Source of the DNA: an uncultured Vicinamibacteraceae bacterium
Lineage (GTDB): Bacteria; Acidobacteriota; Vicinamibacteria; Vicinamibacterales; UBA8438
Assembly (NCBI GenBank): GCA_964624855.1
Contig: CAZUZW010000005.1
Location: 2,249 to 66,248, forward strand
Direction: 5' to 3'
Length of the DNA: 64,000 bases
Each line of letters opens with the position of its first letter. The stretch's first letter is position 1. The notes below the pieces were generated by a model that was given only the letters and a program-made list of their open reading frames with translations, ran no database searches and had not been told where the DNA came from. The translations under genes were made by a program, and so were the position numbers. This document shows positions 22,184 to 33,138 of the stretch, piece by piece.

Positions 22184-23520
22184 TCGCTGCTAAAACGATC
22201 CATAAAACTCGTACTCAGACGACCCGCAATAAAATCCTCATCTTCAAAAATCTTGCGGAAAAGTGGAACTGTAGTATCTATGCCTTCGACGACAGTCATC
22301 GCCAGCGCGCGCTGCATTCGCGCGATCGCTTCAGCCCGGTCTTCACCATGGGCAATAAGTTTTGCAACAAGAGAATCGTAATGTGGACTGACGATACAAT
22401 CGGTGTGAGCAGCCGTATCCAGCCGGATACCTGGCCCTCCCGGAACACTCCACGCTCTTATGGTGCCTGGACTCGGGCGAAACGTATCAGAAGATTCTGC
22501 GTTAATCCGACATTCAATGGCATGTCCAGCCAAAACCACATCGTCTTGACGGAACGATAGGCTTTCCCCAGACGCTATTCGAATCTGTTCTTTGACTATA
22601 TCTATCCCCGTCACCATCTCGGTCACTGGATGCTCAACTTGTAAGCGCGTGTTCGCCTCCAAAAAATAAAACCGTTCTTTTTCGTCCATCAAGAATTCAA
22701 ATGTTCCGGCATTTTGATAGCCAACCGCCCGGGCAGCATTTACTACCGTCTTTCCCAACTTCCGGCGTTGCCGGTCAGTCAACACCGTGGATGGAGCCTC
22801 CTCGATCAATTTCTGATGTCGCCGCTGAATAGAACACTCTCTCTCTCCTAGATGTACGACGTTCCCGGTCCGGTCTGCAATTATCTGAAACTCGATATGT
22901 CTCGGCGCTTCAATGTACTTCTCAAGATAGAGAGTACCATCACCAAAAGCCGCCGCGGCCTCCCGCTGAGCGGTAGTCCAGGCAGTTTCAATTTCGGAAG
23001 AGTCATAAACAATCCTCATGCCCCTTCCACCACCACCGGCAGACGCCTTAATTATCAATGGGAACCCGAGGCGCCTCGAAGCCTTTAGCGCTGCATTGAC
23101 ACTCTCCGGAGGATCTGCCGTCCCCGGGAGAATCGGCACTCCAGCCTTTTTCATCGCAGACCTGGCACTAGCCTTGTCGCCCAGCAAACGAAGACTGTCA
23201 ATTGAGGGCCCAATAAAAGTAACCCCACAGGATTCTGCAGCTTCGGCAAAATAGGCACTCTCTGACAAAAAGCCATACCCGGGGTGAATACCATCAGCTC
23301 CGGTCAGCTGAGCTGCTGCAATAATTGCCGGCACATTCAAATAACTCTCCGCGGCTCTGGCCGGTCCAATGCAGACCTCTTCATCGGCATAGCGAACATG
23401 CAAAGCATGTTCGTCCGCTTCAGAATAAACAGCGACTGTTCGAACACCCAACTCTCGACACGCCAGAATTACTCGCAGCGCAATTTCGCCTCGATTGGCT
23501 ATCAATATCTTGGTTAACAT
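22180..23520 (-). CDS. accC: acetyl-CoA carboxylase, biotin carboxylase subunit
   Basis: ILIANRGEIALR, IIKASAGGGGRGMR and the ATP-grasp layout. Confidence 0.96.
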   Translation of the reverse strand: MLTKILIANRGEIALRVILACRELGVRTVAVYSEADEHALHVRYADEEVCIGPARAAESYLNVPAIIAAAQLTGADGIHPGYGFLSESAYFAEAAESCGVTFIGPSIDSLRLLGDKASARSAMKKAGVPILPGTADPPESVNAALKASRRLGFPLIIKASAGGGGRGMRIVYDSSEIETAWTTAQREAAAAFGDGTLYLEKYIEAPRHIEFQIIADRTGNVVHLGERECSIQRRHQKLIEEAPSTVLTDRQRRKLGKTVVNAARAVGYQNAGTFEFLMDEKERFYFLEANTRLQVEHPVTEMVTGIDIVKEQIRIASGESLSFRQDDVVLAGHAIECRINAESSDTFRPSPGTIRAWSVPGGPGIRLDTAAHTDCIVSPHYDSLVAKLIAHGEDRAEAIARMQRALAMTVVEGIDTTVPLFRKIFEDEDFIAGRLSTSFMDRFSSE

Positions 23521-23582
23521 AAATAACTAAGAACAGCTCCGGACGTAGGTTGATATTTTTAGGTCCGTCCTTGGCAGGAAAC

Positions 23583-24038
23583 TCAGGATGGCTTTATCGC
23601 GAACAATTTGTCGCCGTACTGAACTGCTTGTCCGTTCTCCACAAAAATACTTACGACCTCACCCGCTTCCTCTGCATCAATCTCGTTCATTAGTTTCATC
23701 GCCTCGATTATGCAGAGAACCTGGCCCTTTTTGATGCTCACTCCCACTTCTACAAAAGGGTCAGCATCCGGATCCGGCGCTCGATAGAAAGTGCCCACAA
23801 TCGGCGACTTCACAACAACCAGACCCCCATCCTCGTCTGCGCCTTTCAGCGTTATCGACTCAGACGACACGATTGAATCCTCGATTGCGGCTCCACCAGG
23901 CGCCTTGGACAAATTCTCTCCGATGTATTGTGCCTTTCGCAGGCGGACACGTCGTCCGTCCTCTTCGAGCTCAAACTCTGAAAGCCCGTGCGCATTCATG
24001 AATTCGACCATCTGTTCAATTTTTTCAAAATCACTCAT
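23583..24038 (-). CDS. accB: acetyl-CoA carboxylase, biotin carboxyl carrier protein
   Basis: Biotinyl-lysine motif [11 protein letters not shown] in the C-terminal lipoyl-like domain. Confidence 0.95.
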   Translation of the reverse strand: MSDFEKIEQMVEFMNAHGLSEFELEEDGRRVRLRKAQYIGENLSKAPGGAAIEDSIVSSESITLKGADEDGGLVVVKSPIVGTFYRAPDPDADPFVEVGVSIKKGQVLCIIEAMKLMNEIDAEEAGEVVSIFVENGQAVQYGDKLFAIKPS

Positions 24039-24127
24039 TGTGTTGTTTCACCTAAGCCGCCGTCGCAGCAATCCATAATCCTGTCGTCCTTGGGTGCTCC
24101 CATGTTCCAAAATAGCCGTTCATTACC

Positions 24128-25222
24128 TTATGGACGTGTTAAAACTTCGCCACCCTCTTCAGTCACCAGCACGTCATCTTCAATCCGTACACCCCCGACA
24201 CCGGGAACATACAGACCTGGTTCCACGGTAAACACCATGCCGGGCTCGAGGACGACGTCACAACCGGGTCGACCTCTCTGTCCAATCCGTGGCGCTTCGT
24301 GAATCTCGAGACCAAGACCATGACCCGTCCCATGGCCGAATGCCTCCGGAAATCCGTGTTCCGCCAAGACTGCACGGGCAACATCATCCACTTTACTAGC
24401 AACAACCCCTGGCCCGACCACCGCTATCGCACGTTCCTGCGCTTCCAGTACCGCCGAATAAAACCGCAGAGCCTGTTCGCTCATCGAGCCAACACAGACC
24501 GTCCGCGACACATCGACGCAGTATCCGCCGTAGACGCCTCCGAAGTCCAGTAAGACCAAATCTCCATCCGAAACGACACGCTCAGATGGGCGAGCATGAG
24601 GTAACGCGCTGTTTGGTCCAGATGCCACCATTGTTGAAAACGCTCTGTCTTCAAAACCTTTCCATGCGAGCACCGAGTCAATGCCTCCAGCGATTTCCAG
24701 CTCCTTCCGACCTTTTCGAACCAATTCAATAATTGGGCCTATCGCCGATGCAATCAAGCGACCAGCTGACCTAAAACAAGCTATCTCATCTTCGTCTTTA
24801 ATGACGCGACTACCTTCGATGATTCCTTCGACCGGTACAAACGTCTGACTTTTTGCTTCAAAACGACGTGCGAGCCAATTCCATTGCCGCAGACTCATCC
24901 ACTCGGCTTCAACACCTATGCGTGAATAGCCCATTTTCGCAATCAAGTTTCCAATAGACTCATCGTACGACTGGTCTACCGGAACAATAGTGAGGCTAGC
25001 GGGTCCGGACTCGGCCTCCACAAGGGAGGAAGCCACGCTCAAGTATCTAGAGTCAATGACAAGGTGAAGTTCTTTCTGCCCCACCAAAGCCATACCCGCA
25101 CTCGCCCGGAGACCCGTGAGGTAACTGATGTTGGGAAGATGTGTAATTAATAGTGCATCCAGTGACTGGTCATCCAGCTTCTCACTCACTGCCAGCTGTC
25201 GATTCTTTAATTTATTAGACAC
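24128..25222 (-). CDS. Xaa-Pro aminopeptidase/dipeptidase (M24B family)
   Basis: An N-terminal creatinase-like domain plus the metal-ligand motifs [27 protein letters not shown] and VRIEDDV. GTG start. Confidence 0.88.
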   Translation of the reverse strand: MSNKLKNRQLAVSEKLDDQSLDALLITHLPNISYLTGLRASAGMALVGQKELHLVIDSRYLSVASSLVEAESGPASLTIVPVDQSYDESIGNLIAKMGYSRIGVEAEWMSLRQWNWLARRFEAKSQTFVPVEGIIEGSRVIKDEDEIACFRSAGRLIASAIGPIIELVRKGRKELEIAGGIDSVLAWKGFEDRAFSTMVASGPNSALPHARPSERVVSDGDLVLLDFGGVYGGYCVDVSRTVCVGSMSEQALRFYSAVLEAQERAIAVVGPGVVASKVDDVARAVLAEHGFPEAFGHGTGHGLGLEIHEAPRIGQRGRPGCDVVLEPGMVFTVEPGLYVPGVGGVRIEDDVLVTEEGGEVLTRP

Positions 25223-25394
25223 GGAAACAATAGTTGTACAGCAAATCGATTGTCAGCCCAAAATCAACAGACTCAGACGTGGGACTCCAGACTAATTAAG
25301 ATCAGCATAAATCGAACAGCGCTACCTGACGAATAAAGGTTAAATAATTGTCTCTGAAAGGGAAACTTCAATAAAAGTAGAACCAGTCCCTTTC

Positions 25395-25423
25395 TTGACA
25401 GTTCGGGTAATTCTCCGTAAAAT
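25395..25423 (+). promoter_or_regulatory. sigma70-type promoter for the rplM-rpsI(-rpsB...) cluster
   Basis: TTGACA (25395..25400), a 17-nt spacer, then TAAAAT (25418..25423), about 57 nt upstream of the rplM ATG. Confidence 0.6.
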
Positions 25424-25479
25424 CCACACTTTTGCGGCTATCTCTGTCCGCTGTAGTGTAAGTGCGCCACGCTAAGAGT

Positions 25480-25911
25480 ATGAAAACTTACGTTCCATCG
25501 AAGAATGAGATCACTAGACGTTGGCACGTAATTGATGCTAATTCACGGGTTCTTGGCCGAATAGCTACCCAAGCAGCCAAACTTCTCCAAGGAAAACACA
25601 AACCCCGCTACACGCCCTTTCTTGATTTGGGCGATCATGTAATTATTGTCAATGCTGAACGGATCAAACTAACCGGTCGAAAGAACGAGCAAAAGCTCTA
25701 CCGCCACCACAGCGGATACCCTGGTGGCCTGACCGAAACCCGGGCGAAGTCACTGATTCAAGATAAACCAACCCGAGTTGTTGAGCAGGCCGTTCGTGGA
25801 ATGCTCCCAAAAACCAAGTTAGGAAGCGCCATGTATCGGAAGCTCAAGGTGTACGCCGGTCCTGAGCATCCACACTCGGCGCAGCAACCAAGTCAACACG
25901 AGGTGCCGTAG
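25480..25911 (+). CDS. rplM: 50S ribosomal protein L13
   Basis: [20 protein letters not shown] is a typical L13 N-terminus. The start is placed at ATG 25480 rather than GTG 25462. Confidence 0.95.
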   Translation: MKTYVPSKNEITRRWHVIDANSRVLGRIATQAAKLLQGKHKPRYTPFLDLGDHVIIVNAERIKLTGRKNEQKLYRHHSGYPGGLTETRAKSLIQDKPTRVVEQAVRGMLPKTKLGSAMYRKLKVYAGPEHPHSAQQPSQHEVP

Positions 25912-25913
25912 CC

Positions 25914-26345
25914 GTGGAAGTGGACACAAACGTAGATCCAACCGCAGTCGATACACCAACTGAGCCTCACTATGGAACAGGTCGACGAAAGACATCGACG
26001 GCCCGTGTATTCTTAAGGTCTGGCAGTGGCACCATAACGGTTAATCGGATTCCACTAGAACAAGGCTTCCCGATCGCGTCGGTTAGAAAACAGATAACCG
26101 AACCACTTCAATTGACCGAAGTCGCTGACAAAATTGACGTCTTTGCCACTACAACCGGAGGCGGTTTCGCTGGTCAAGCTGGAGCACTTCGATTGGGTAT
26201 TGCCAGAGCATTGGTACAATATAATCCTGAACTTCGACCACCACTCAAGAAAGCTGGACTACTGACTCGTGATGCACGAATCAAAGAGAGAAAGAAGTAC
26301 GGTCTGGCCGGTGCTCGGAAAAGATTTCAATTTAGCAAGCGGTAG
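25914..26345 (+). CDS. rpsI: 30S ribosomal protein S9
   Basis: [32 protein letters not shown] and a C-terminal [17 protein letters not shown]. Confidence 0.95.
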   Translation: MEVDTNVDPTAVDTPTEPHYGTGRRKTSTARVFLRSGSGTITVNRIPLEQGFPIASVRKQITEPLQLTEVADKIDVFATTTGGGFAGQAGALRLGIARALVQYNPELRPPLKKAGLLTRDARIKERKKYGLAGARKRFQFSKR

Positions 26346-26369
26346 TTACTGGAATTGGACGGAGGCAGT

Positions 26370-27149
26370 TTGAAGTCGATCACTATGGAAGAATTACTGG
26401 CGGCCGGCGCCCATTTCGGCCATCAGACAAAGCGCTGGAATCCAAAGATGAAGAAATATATCTTCGGCCAGCGAAACGGGATCTATGTCATCGACCTCGG
26501 AAGAACGGCAAAACTCTTTCAAGAAGCCGAAGACTTTGTATCAGAGCTAGCGGCAAACGGCCAGACCTTACTTTTCGTGGGAACGAAACGTCAGGCGCAG
26601 GATTTCGTCCAAGAAGAAGCTGAACGCTGCGGAATGTATTTCGTCAATCAACGCTGGCTGGGCGGACTTTTAACAAACTTCATGACCATCCAACGAAGTA
26701 TCGGTCGATTGCGAGAGCTTGAAGCGATGGCAGAGGATGGTCGCTACGAGTCACTCTCAAAGAAGGAAATAGCAAAAATAGAAAAGGAGAAACGCAAGTT
26801 ACATCGGAATCTCGATGGAATCAGAAAGATGTCTCGCCTTCCCGACGCCGTCTTCGTCATTGACACCCGGAAAGAGAAGATCGCAGTGGACGAGGCGAGA
26901 AAATTAAAGATACCGGTCATCGGCATAGTAGACACAAACTGTGACCCCGATGACGTTGACTACGTCATCCCTGGCAACGATGACGCCTTGCGTTCAATTA
27001 GGTTGTTTTTGAGCCGCATTGCAGATGCAGTCATCTCAGGACGCGATCATCGACAAGCTGCAAAGTCTACTGAGAACGACCCGCCAGTCTCCGACGATGA
27101 CGCGGCCGCCGCAACAACACCTGAGACGCCGTCTCCTGCCTCCGTCTGA
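26370..27149 (+). CDS. rpsB: 30S ribosomal protein S2
   Basis: [19 protein letters not shown] signature. The start is placed at TTG 26370 ([10 protein letters not shown]), 4 nt after GGAGG. The ORF track begins at TTG 26355, and ATG 26385 is also possible. There is an acidic Ser/Pro-rich C-terminal tail. Confidence 0.93.
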   Translation: MKSITMEELLAAGAHFGHQTKRWNPKMKKYIFGQRNGIYVIDLGRTAKLFQEAEDFVSELAANGQTLLFVGTKRQAQDFVQEEAERCGMYFVNQRWLGGLLTNFMTIQRSIGRLRELEAMAEDGRYESLSKKEIAKIEKEKRKLHRNLDGIRKMSRLPDAVFVIDTRKEKIAVDEARKLKIPVIGIVDTNCDPDDVDYVIPGNDDALRSIRLFLSRIADAVISGRDHRQAAKSTENDPPVSDDDAAAATTPETPSPASV

Positions 27150-27251
27150 CGGGCTCGCTGTTCACTAGCGAAGTTTTATCGGTTGGACCTCGACACCTAT
27201 CGTTGAACCAACCCGTAGTCTTTTTATCGAATCTAGAGGAAGATTTATAAG

Positions 27252-27854
27252 ATGGCAATCACTGCAACTCAAGTCAAAGCTCTACGTGACATAACTGCGG
27301 CCGGTTTTATGGAATGCAAGGCTGCCCTTACAGAAGCTGAAGGAGACCTCGACAAAGCCGTAACAATCCTTCGCACCAGAGGCCAAGCCAAGGCAGCAAA
27401 AAGGGCCGGGAGAACGACGGCACAGGGTCTTGTTGGGAACTACATCCATCCTGGCGGCCAAGTAGGTGTCCTGGTCGAGGTTAATTGCGAGTCAGATTTT
27501 GTTGCTCGAACTGAAGATTTTCAAGGATTGGTAAAAGAGATCGCAATGCATATCGCCGCAGCTAATCCTCTTTATGCGAAACGAGAGGAAGTTCCAACTG
27601 ATGATCTCGACAACGAACGAGAGATCTATCGAGCACAATTTAAGGATTCGGACAAACCAACAGCCGTAATTGACAAAATCGTCGAAGGTAAACTAAATAG
27701 CTATTATGAGCAGATTGTCCTAACTGATCAGCCTTCAATTCGCGATCCGAAGACATCAGTCGGACAACTGATTCAAGCGGCAATAGCTAAACTCGGCGAG
27801 AATATTTCCGTCTCGAGATTTTCGAGATTCAAAGTAGGCGAGACCGACGAATAG
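27252..27854 (+). CDS. tsf: elongation factor Ts (short ~200-aa form)
   Basis: UBA-like N-terminus [17 protein letters not shown] and [13 protein letters not shown]. Confidence 0.95.
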   Translation: MAITATQVKALRDITAAGFMECKAALTEAEGDLDKAVTILRTRGQAKAAKRAGRTTAQGLVGNYIHPGGQVGVLVEVNCESDFVARTEDFQGLVKEIAMHIAAANPLYAKREEVPTDDLDNEREIYRAQFKDSDKPTAVIDKIVEGKLNSYYEQIVLTDQPSIRDPKTSVGQLIQAAIAKLGENISVSRFSRFKVGETDE

Positions 27855-27861
27855 AAGTCAC

Positions 27862-28578
27862 ATGCCGTCTCCTAAATACCAACGAGTTCTTCTAAAGATT
27901 TCCGGCGAAGCCTTGGTGGGTTCGCAATCATTCGGTATTGACTCTGACACAGCAGAATGGATAGCCAGAGATATAGCCGAAGTGCAACAACAGGGCGTGC
28001 AAGTTGCTGTTGTGATCGGCGGTGGGAATATCTTTCGCGGCCTTGCTGCGAGTGCCCAAGGAATGGATCGTGCTACAGCAGACTATATGGGCATGCTTGC
28101 AACCGTTATAAATGGCCTGGCCTTATCGGACGCAATCGAACGATACGATGTCGAAACACGGGTAGTCACTGCTATCGAGATGCGTGAAGTCGCGGAACCG
28201 TTTATCCGCCGCCGCGCGATCCGTCACTTGGAAAAGGGGCGTGTCGTCGTATTTGGCGCAGGCACTGGAAATCCCTATTTTTCAACCGATACTGCAGCGG
28301 CTCTTCGTGCAATGGAAATCAAGGCCGAAGTCATTCTGAAAGGAACAAAAGTTGATGGAATTTTCTCAGCTGATCCAACAATTGACCCTTCGGCAACTCA
28401 CATAAAGAAAGTGTCACATCTTCAAGTACTTGAGCAACAGCTTAAGGTCATGGACTCCACCGCAATTTCCCTCTGCATGGACAATCAATTACCGATCGTA
28501 GTTTTTAACCTCAAAACAGACGGAAATATTCGGCGGGCTGTTTTAGGCGAAACAGTCGGATCACTCGTAACATCCTGA
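27862..28578 (+). CDS. pyrH: UMP kinase
   Basis: [21 protein letters not shown] and [17 protein letters not shown]. Confidence 0.96.
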   Translation: MPSPKYQRVLLKISGEALVGSQSFGIDSDTAEWIARDIAEVQQQGVQVAVVIGGGNIFRGLAASAQGMDRATADYMGMLATVINGLALSDAIERYDVETRVVTAIEMREVAEPFIRRRAIRHLEKGRVVVFGAGTGNPYFSTDTAAALRAMEIKAEVILKGTKVDGIFSADPTIDPSATHIKKVSHLQVLEQQLKVMDSTAISLCMDNQLPIVVFNLKTDGNIRRAVLGETVGSLVTS

Positions 28579-28602
28579 TGAGTTTATTGCGACGAGGCAA
28601 AG

Positions 28603-29172
28603 ATGGATATCAGTGGACCAGAAGAAGCATCGCAAGAAGCACAACGACGAATGGGCAAGGCCGTTGAACACGTCCGCACTGAACTCAGTAGCGTCAGAGC
28701 TGGCCGTGCATCTGTGGGCATTCTCGATTCCGTTCAAATAGAGGCCTATGGTTCTCAGCTTCCTCTAAATCAGATCGCCAGCCTTTCCGTTCCTGAATCC
28801 ACACTAATTGTGGCTAATCCCTATGATCCTTCACAAATACCAGCCATCGAGAAAGCCATTCGTAACGCTAACCTGGGTCTAAATCCAAGCAGCGATGGCA
28901 AGGTTGTGCGTATTCCTGTGCCAGCATTGACAGAAGAGCGTCGCAAAGAGCTCTCCAAATTGGTACACAAACTTACCGAGGAGGGTCGTAATGCCGTTCG
29001 ACAGATTCGACGAGATATTAACGACGGCCTCAAAAAATTACTCAAAAATCATCAGATTGGAGAAGATGACGAACATCATGCGTTGGAACAGGTGCAAAAG
29101 ATTACCGACCAGCATATCAACGACATAGACGACCTTCAGAATTCAAAGGACGATGAACTTCTCCAACGTTAA
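28603..29172 (+). CDS. frr: ribosome recycling factor
   Basis: The length and LSSVRAGRAS, IPVPALTEERRKELSK motifs match Frr. The conserved tsf-pyrH-frr gene order supports the call. Confidence 0.95.
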   Translation: MDISGPEEASQEAQRRMGKAVEHVRTELSSVRAGRASVGILDSVQIEAYGSQLPLNQIASLSVPESTLIVANPYDPSQIPAIEKAIRNANLGLNPSSDGKVVRIPVPALTEERRKELSKLVHKLTEEGRNAVRQIRRDINDGLKKLLKNHQIGEDDEHHALEQVQKITDQHINDIDDLQNSKDDELLQR

Positions 29173-29201
29173 ATCGCACTGAGTAAACCTAGCACTTCGG
29201 T

Positions 29202-30410
29202 ATGACCTTCCTAGTCGCACTCGAATGCTCTCGCCCTTGCGGGGCTCGACCGTACAACCCTAACCAACCGCACCACCTTTGCGACAAATGCGGTGCTCCA
29301 CTATTTGCCAAGTACGACTTAGAAAAGCTCGCCACTATGTGGGGAAAACAGTCGCTAGAGTCCCGTCAACCGACCCTATGGCGTTACCGTGAAGTGTTAC
29401 CAATTCACACCGATCAAGAACCTGTAACGCTCGGAGAGGGGATGACGCCGCTTCTAAGGACCCCGCATCTTGAGGAACTCCTCAAGATTCGAACCATTCT
29501 TGTTAAGGATGAATCACTAGGTCCTACTAACTCATTTAAGTCAAGAGGGCTCTCTGTTGCAGTAACCAAGGCCAAACATTTGGGTGCGCAATGTCTGTCA
29601 GTTCCTTCGGCCGGAAACGCCGCAAATGCCCTTGCCGCTTACGCAGCAAGGGCACGGCTAGGAGCTAAAGTTTTTCTACCGAAGGATGCAAAACCTCCAT
29701 TCATTCTAGAGTGTGAGCTATACGGCGCCGATGTAACACTTGTGGACGGACTAATTACGGATGCAGGTCGAGAGGCCGCCAAATTAGGAGCAGATCGCGG
29801 CTGGTATGACATTTCAACTCTTAAGGAACCGTATCGAGTCGAAGGAAAGAAGACACTAGCTTACGAAGTCGCCGAACAATTGGATTGGTCATGGCCGGAC
29901 TGGTTTATCTATCCGACCGGAGGAGGAACCGGGATCATAGGGATGTGGAAGGCTTTCTCAGAGCTCGAATCTCTAGGTTGGGTATCAGGACATCGGAGGC
30001 CAAAAATGGTCTCTGTTCAAGCCGAAGGTTGCGCGCCCATCGTCCACGCGTTTAATTCTGGACTCGACCACGCGGAACCGTGGAACCCAGCAACAACCAC
30101 GGCCGACGGTCTTCGGGTGCCAAAGGCCGTGGGAGATTTTTTGATCCTTCGAGCGGTGCGCGAAAGTGGAGGTTTAGCCTTAGCCGTTAGCGACAACGAA
30201 ATGATTACGGGAATGCGAGATATCGGCCGACTGGAAGGAATAAGCGCCTCTCCGGAAGGAGGCGCCACACTTGCTGCACTTCGAACCTTGCGTCACCAGG
30301 GAACAATTTCTGAGCACGATAGTGTCGTACTTTTCAATACAGGCGGCGCACTAAAGTATTTATCACTTCTCGAACATGACTCCAAGAAAATCGCCGACAA
30401 CAAACTCTAA
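29202..30410 (+). CDS. threonine synthase-family PLP enzyme (paralogue 1; exact reaction unresolved)
   Basis: N-terminal Cys4 pattern (CSRPC ... CDKC), the PLP-lysine motif NSFKSRG, and the tryptophan-synthase-beta-like fold motifs SAGNAANALAAY and PTGGGTGIIG. Confidence 0.75.
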   Translation: MTFLVALECSRPCGARPYNPNQPHHLCDKCGAPLFAKYDLEKLATMWGKQSLESRQPTLWRYREVLPIHTDQEPVTLGEGMTPLLRTPHLEELLKIRTILVKDESLGPTNSFKSRGLSVAVTKAKHLGAQCLSVPSAGNAANALAAYAARARLGAKVFLPKDAKPPFILECELYGADVTLVDGLITDAGREAAKLGADRGWYDISTLKEPYRVEGKKTLAYEVAEQLDWSWPDWFIYPTGGGTGIIGMWKAFSELESLGWVSGHRRPKMVSVQAEGCAPIVHAFNSGLDHAEPWNPATTTADGLRVPKAVGDFLILRAVRESGGLALAVSDNEMITGMRDIGRLEGISASPEGGATLAALRTLRHQGTISEHDSVVLFNTGGALKYLSLLEHDSKKIADNKL

Positions 30411-30522
30411 CTGATACCTTTTCCGACGTTACTGTCGGCTCCTCTTTCACGTATCGATTTTGGGCCAACAACAAAATGCCTGATGTACAATCTCCAGTCG
30501 ACTCCTATCGATGGTTGATCTT

Positions 30523-30598
<76 letters not shown>

Positions 30599-30671
30599 GT
30601 TTTTTAGCGATCTCCGTTAAACAGCCAGTATTGTTTTTAGCAGGCATTCAAACAGGTAAGATATTACCCAG

Positions 30672-31997
30672 ATGTCATACAAGGCGGTTCTTCGGTGCAT
30701 TGCCGGCTGTCCCACAGAATATCAGCTTGCCGAACCACTGTATCGCTGCCCAACGTGCAAAAACCTTTTAGAGGTGACACACGACCTCGAAGCTCTCGGC
30801 AATCGTAGTTCAAGTGACTGGATTACTTTATTCGACGATCGATATAAACGAACTACGTGGCCCTATGGCTCATCGGTATGGGGCAAGAAGGAGTGGGTCT
30901 GTCCTGTAGTTCATGATGAAAACATTGTTTCGATGGATGAAGGTGGCACTAATCTCTTCTGGGCCGAACGTCTTGGCCATCAACTTGGCCTAGACGAACT
31001 CTGGGTCAAACTTTGTGGAAACTCCCACACTGGTTCCTTTAAAGACCTCGGCATGACAGTTCTCGTTTCGGTTGTCAAACAGATGATCTCCGAGGGTCGT
31101 ACCATTCGCGCAGTTGCCTGCGCTTCAACCGGCGACACATCTGCTTCGCTGGCTGCCTACGCTGCCGCTGGAGGAATTCCAGCGATTGTCATCCTACCGC
31201 GCGGAAAAGTTTCGACAGCCCAACTCGTGCAACCCTTGGCAAACGGAGCTCATGTCCTCGCGCTAGACACGGATTTCGATGGTTGCATGGCGATTGTGTC
31301 CCGCTTGGCACTCGACGAAGGTATTTATCTAGCCAACTCTATGAATAGCCTGCGTCTCGAGGGACAGAAGACCGTCGGCATCGAAATAGTGCAACAATTC
31401 GATTGGGAGGTCCCAGATGTAATTGTGATTCCAGGCGGAAATCTGGGGAACGTAAGCGCGCTTGGTGCTGGATTCGAAATGATGCTCAGGCTAGGCCTCA
31501 TCAAGAAGCGACCACGAATAGTAGTAGCGCAGTCGGCCGCGGCAAATCCTCTATACCTCGCCTACATGGATAATTGGAACTTTACTGCCGTTCACGCCAA
31601 ACCTACTCAGGCCTCAGCTATTCAAATTGGCAATCCAGTTTCAATCCAAAAGGCCATAAATACATTGAAGCTCTACAATGGCGTCGTGGCACAGGCAACC
31701 GAATCAGAATTAGCGGAAGCAGCCGATCGCGCCGATAAAACCGGAATGTTTAATTGTCCGCATACCGGAGTCGCACTTGCCGCATTAACCAAACTACGCA
31801 AAAACAACGTCATAGCAGCGAATGAACGCGTTGTCGTAATTTCGACTGCGAGCGGTTTAAAGTTTACGGATTTCAAGTTGGGTTATCACCAGAAACGTTT
31901 ACCAGGTGTCGTATCACAATGCGCCAACATCCCGGAAGAGCTACCCAATGACTACGATACGGTCAGGAAGGCTGTCGACAGGTTTGTCACTCAATGA
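30672..31997 (+). CDS. thrC: threonine synthase (paralogue 2, likely the canonical ThrC)
   Basis: N-terminal Cys4 pattern (CIAGC ... CPTC), the PLP-lysine motif [29 protein letters not shown] and [11 protein letters not shown]. Confidence 0.85.
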   Translation: MSYKAVLRCIAGCPTEYQLAEPLYRCPTCKNLLEVTHDLEALGNRSSSDWITLFDDRYKRTTWPYGSSVWGKKEWVCPVVHDENIVSMDEGGTNLFWAERLGHQLGLDELWVKLCGNSHTGSFKDLGMTVLVSVVKQMISEGRTIRAVACASTGDTSASLAAYAAAGGIPAIVILPRGKVSTAQLVQPLANGAHVLALDTDFDGCMAIVSRLALDEGIYLANSMNSLRLEGQKTVGIEIVQQFDWEVPDVIVIPGGNLGNVSALGAGFEMMLRLGLIKKRPRIVVAQSAAANPLYLAYMDNWNFTAVHAKPTQASAIQIGNPVSIQKAINTLKLYNGVVAQATESELAEAADRADKTGMFNCPHTGVALAALTKLRKNNVIAANERVVVISTASGLKFTDFKLGYHQKRLPGVVSQCANIPEELPNDYDTVRKAVDRFVTQ

Positions 31998-32031
31998 TGT
32001 GCGCTTAGCTCCATGATGCTATGATCGATAT

Positions 32032-32397
32032 ATGCCAGTTCCACGAATCACAAAAGAAGATCTGAGCACTCAACTGGAGAGCGCGGCGCCCCCCTGCCTA
32101 GTTGACGTTCGCTTGAAATATCCTTACGAGCACAGTACGGTAAAACTTCCTGGAGCAGTCCGTATCGAACCTTCAGTTCTCGATTTATCACCGCTTCCTC
32201 GTGACAGAAAGATTGTTGCGTACGACTCAGACCCCAAGGAATTAGTGAGCGCTCGCGTCGTTGCTCATTTACTCAGGGAAGGATATGAAGCCAGTGCCCT
32301 AGAGGGAGGGATCTCAGAATGGCTGGCCGCCAAACTTCCAACAGAGGAAAAAGAAGCACCAAAACAGGCACCTCCGAAGGCTGGCGCCCTCGGTTAA
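32032..32397 (+). CDS. rhodanese-homology domain protein, predicted non-catalytic (Asp in place of the active-site Cys)
   Basis: Rhodanese layout: LVDVR...YEHSTVKLPGAVRI ... KIVAYDSDPKELVSARVVAHLLREGY...LEGGISEW. The position normally occupied by the catalytic Cys (..vvYC..) is Asp65 (GAC at 32224..32226). Confidence 0.7.
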   Translation: MPVPRITKEDLSTQLESAAPPCLVDVRLKYPYEHSTVKLPGAVRIEPSVLDLSPLPRDRKIVAYDSDPKELVSARVVAHLLREGYEASALEGGISEWLAAKLPTEEKEAPKQAPPKAGALG

Positions 32398-32423
32398 CTC
32401 CATCTGTCACCAATCCGCCAAAA

Positions 32424-33113
32424 TTGCCTAAACCCAGAGACAGGATCTTCATTCTGTTGATGTCGATAGTCGTTTGTCTTTCTATCGATACTCTAAGCAC
32501 TGCACAATCACTTGGAGCCCCTCCCATCGAACAACTTGTCGAGGATCTTCAGGAGAAATTCTCTTCCGTTCAGGGTTTCTCCGCTCGTTTTGAACATCGG
32601 TACTCCGGTGGTCTCATCACGATCTCAATAACCGAAACCGGAACAGTTGCCATAAAAAAGCCCGGCAAAATGCGTTGGACCTACGAGACCGCGGACCGCA
32701 AAGTCTACGTCTCTGACGGAAGAACCTTATACTCTCATTTTCCTGCTGACCGACAAGTAATAGTGACGCCAATCTCTAGCGAGACCCAAACCTCAACAGC
32801 GGCACTATTTCTAACGGATGAAGGAAATCTCTTAGAGGATTTTGCTGCAAGTTACGAGGAGCAAGGGAACGCGGAACAATCTTGGACTATTCGTCTCATA
32901 CCGCACTCTGCCGATACTGACTACGAATGGATCGTACTCACAGTAGACCGTCTCAGCTTAAGCATTACGGGCCTCTCCACAGAAGATCTGCAAGGAGGGC
33001 AATCAACCTATGTCTTTACCGATCTAGAAGAGAACCCCAACCTCCCAGACTCCCTTTTTCAATTCGAGATTCCTGAAAACACAGAAGTAATTTCCAGTGA
33101 TCCATTCGGTTAA
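32424..33113 (+). CDS. lolA: LolA-like outer-membrane lipoprotein carrier protein
   Basis: FSARFEHRYSGG...GTVAIKKPGKMRWTY...KVYVSDGRTLYSHFP matches the LolA fold signature. The start is placed at TTG 32424, which gives a good signal peptide (PKPRDRIFILLMSIVVCLSIDTLSTAQS). ATG 32460 is an alternative. The ORF-track start at 32319 would overlap the rhodanese gene by 79 nt. Confidence 0.65.
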   Translation: MPKPRDRIFILLMSIVVCLSIDTLSTAQSLGAPPIEQLVEDLQEKFSSVQGFSARFEHRYSGGLITISITETGTVAIKKPGKMRWTYETADRKVYVSDGRTLYSHFPADRQVIVTPISSETQTSTAALFLTDEGNLLEDFAASYEEQGNAEQSWTIRLIPHSADTDYEWIVLTVDRLSLSITGLSTEDLQGGQSTYVFTDLEENPNLPDSLFQFEIPENTEVISSDPFG

Positions 33114-33115
33114 CT

Positions 33116-33133
33116 CTGCTAATACGCTAGCAG
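33116..33133. terminator. short hairpin between the convergent lolA-like and murA genes (possible weak bidirectional terminator)
   Basis: CTGCTA-ATACGC-TAGCAG, a 6-bp stem, lies in the 25-nt gap between the two stop codons. There is no U-tract, so function is doubtful. Confidence 0.25.
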
Positions 33134-33138
33134 CGAGT

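Noticed and set aside
32319-32423. Long N-terminal extension of the LolA-like ORF (ORF-track start at 32319)
   Set aside because: It would overlap the rhodanese gene by 79 nt, and the extension is hydrophilic and Arg/Lys/Thr-rich. An internal TTG (32424) or ATG (32460) gives a normal signal peptide.
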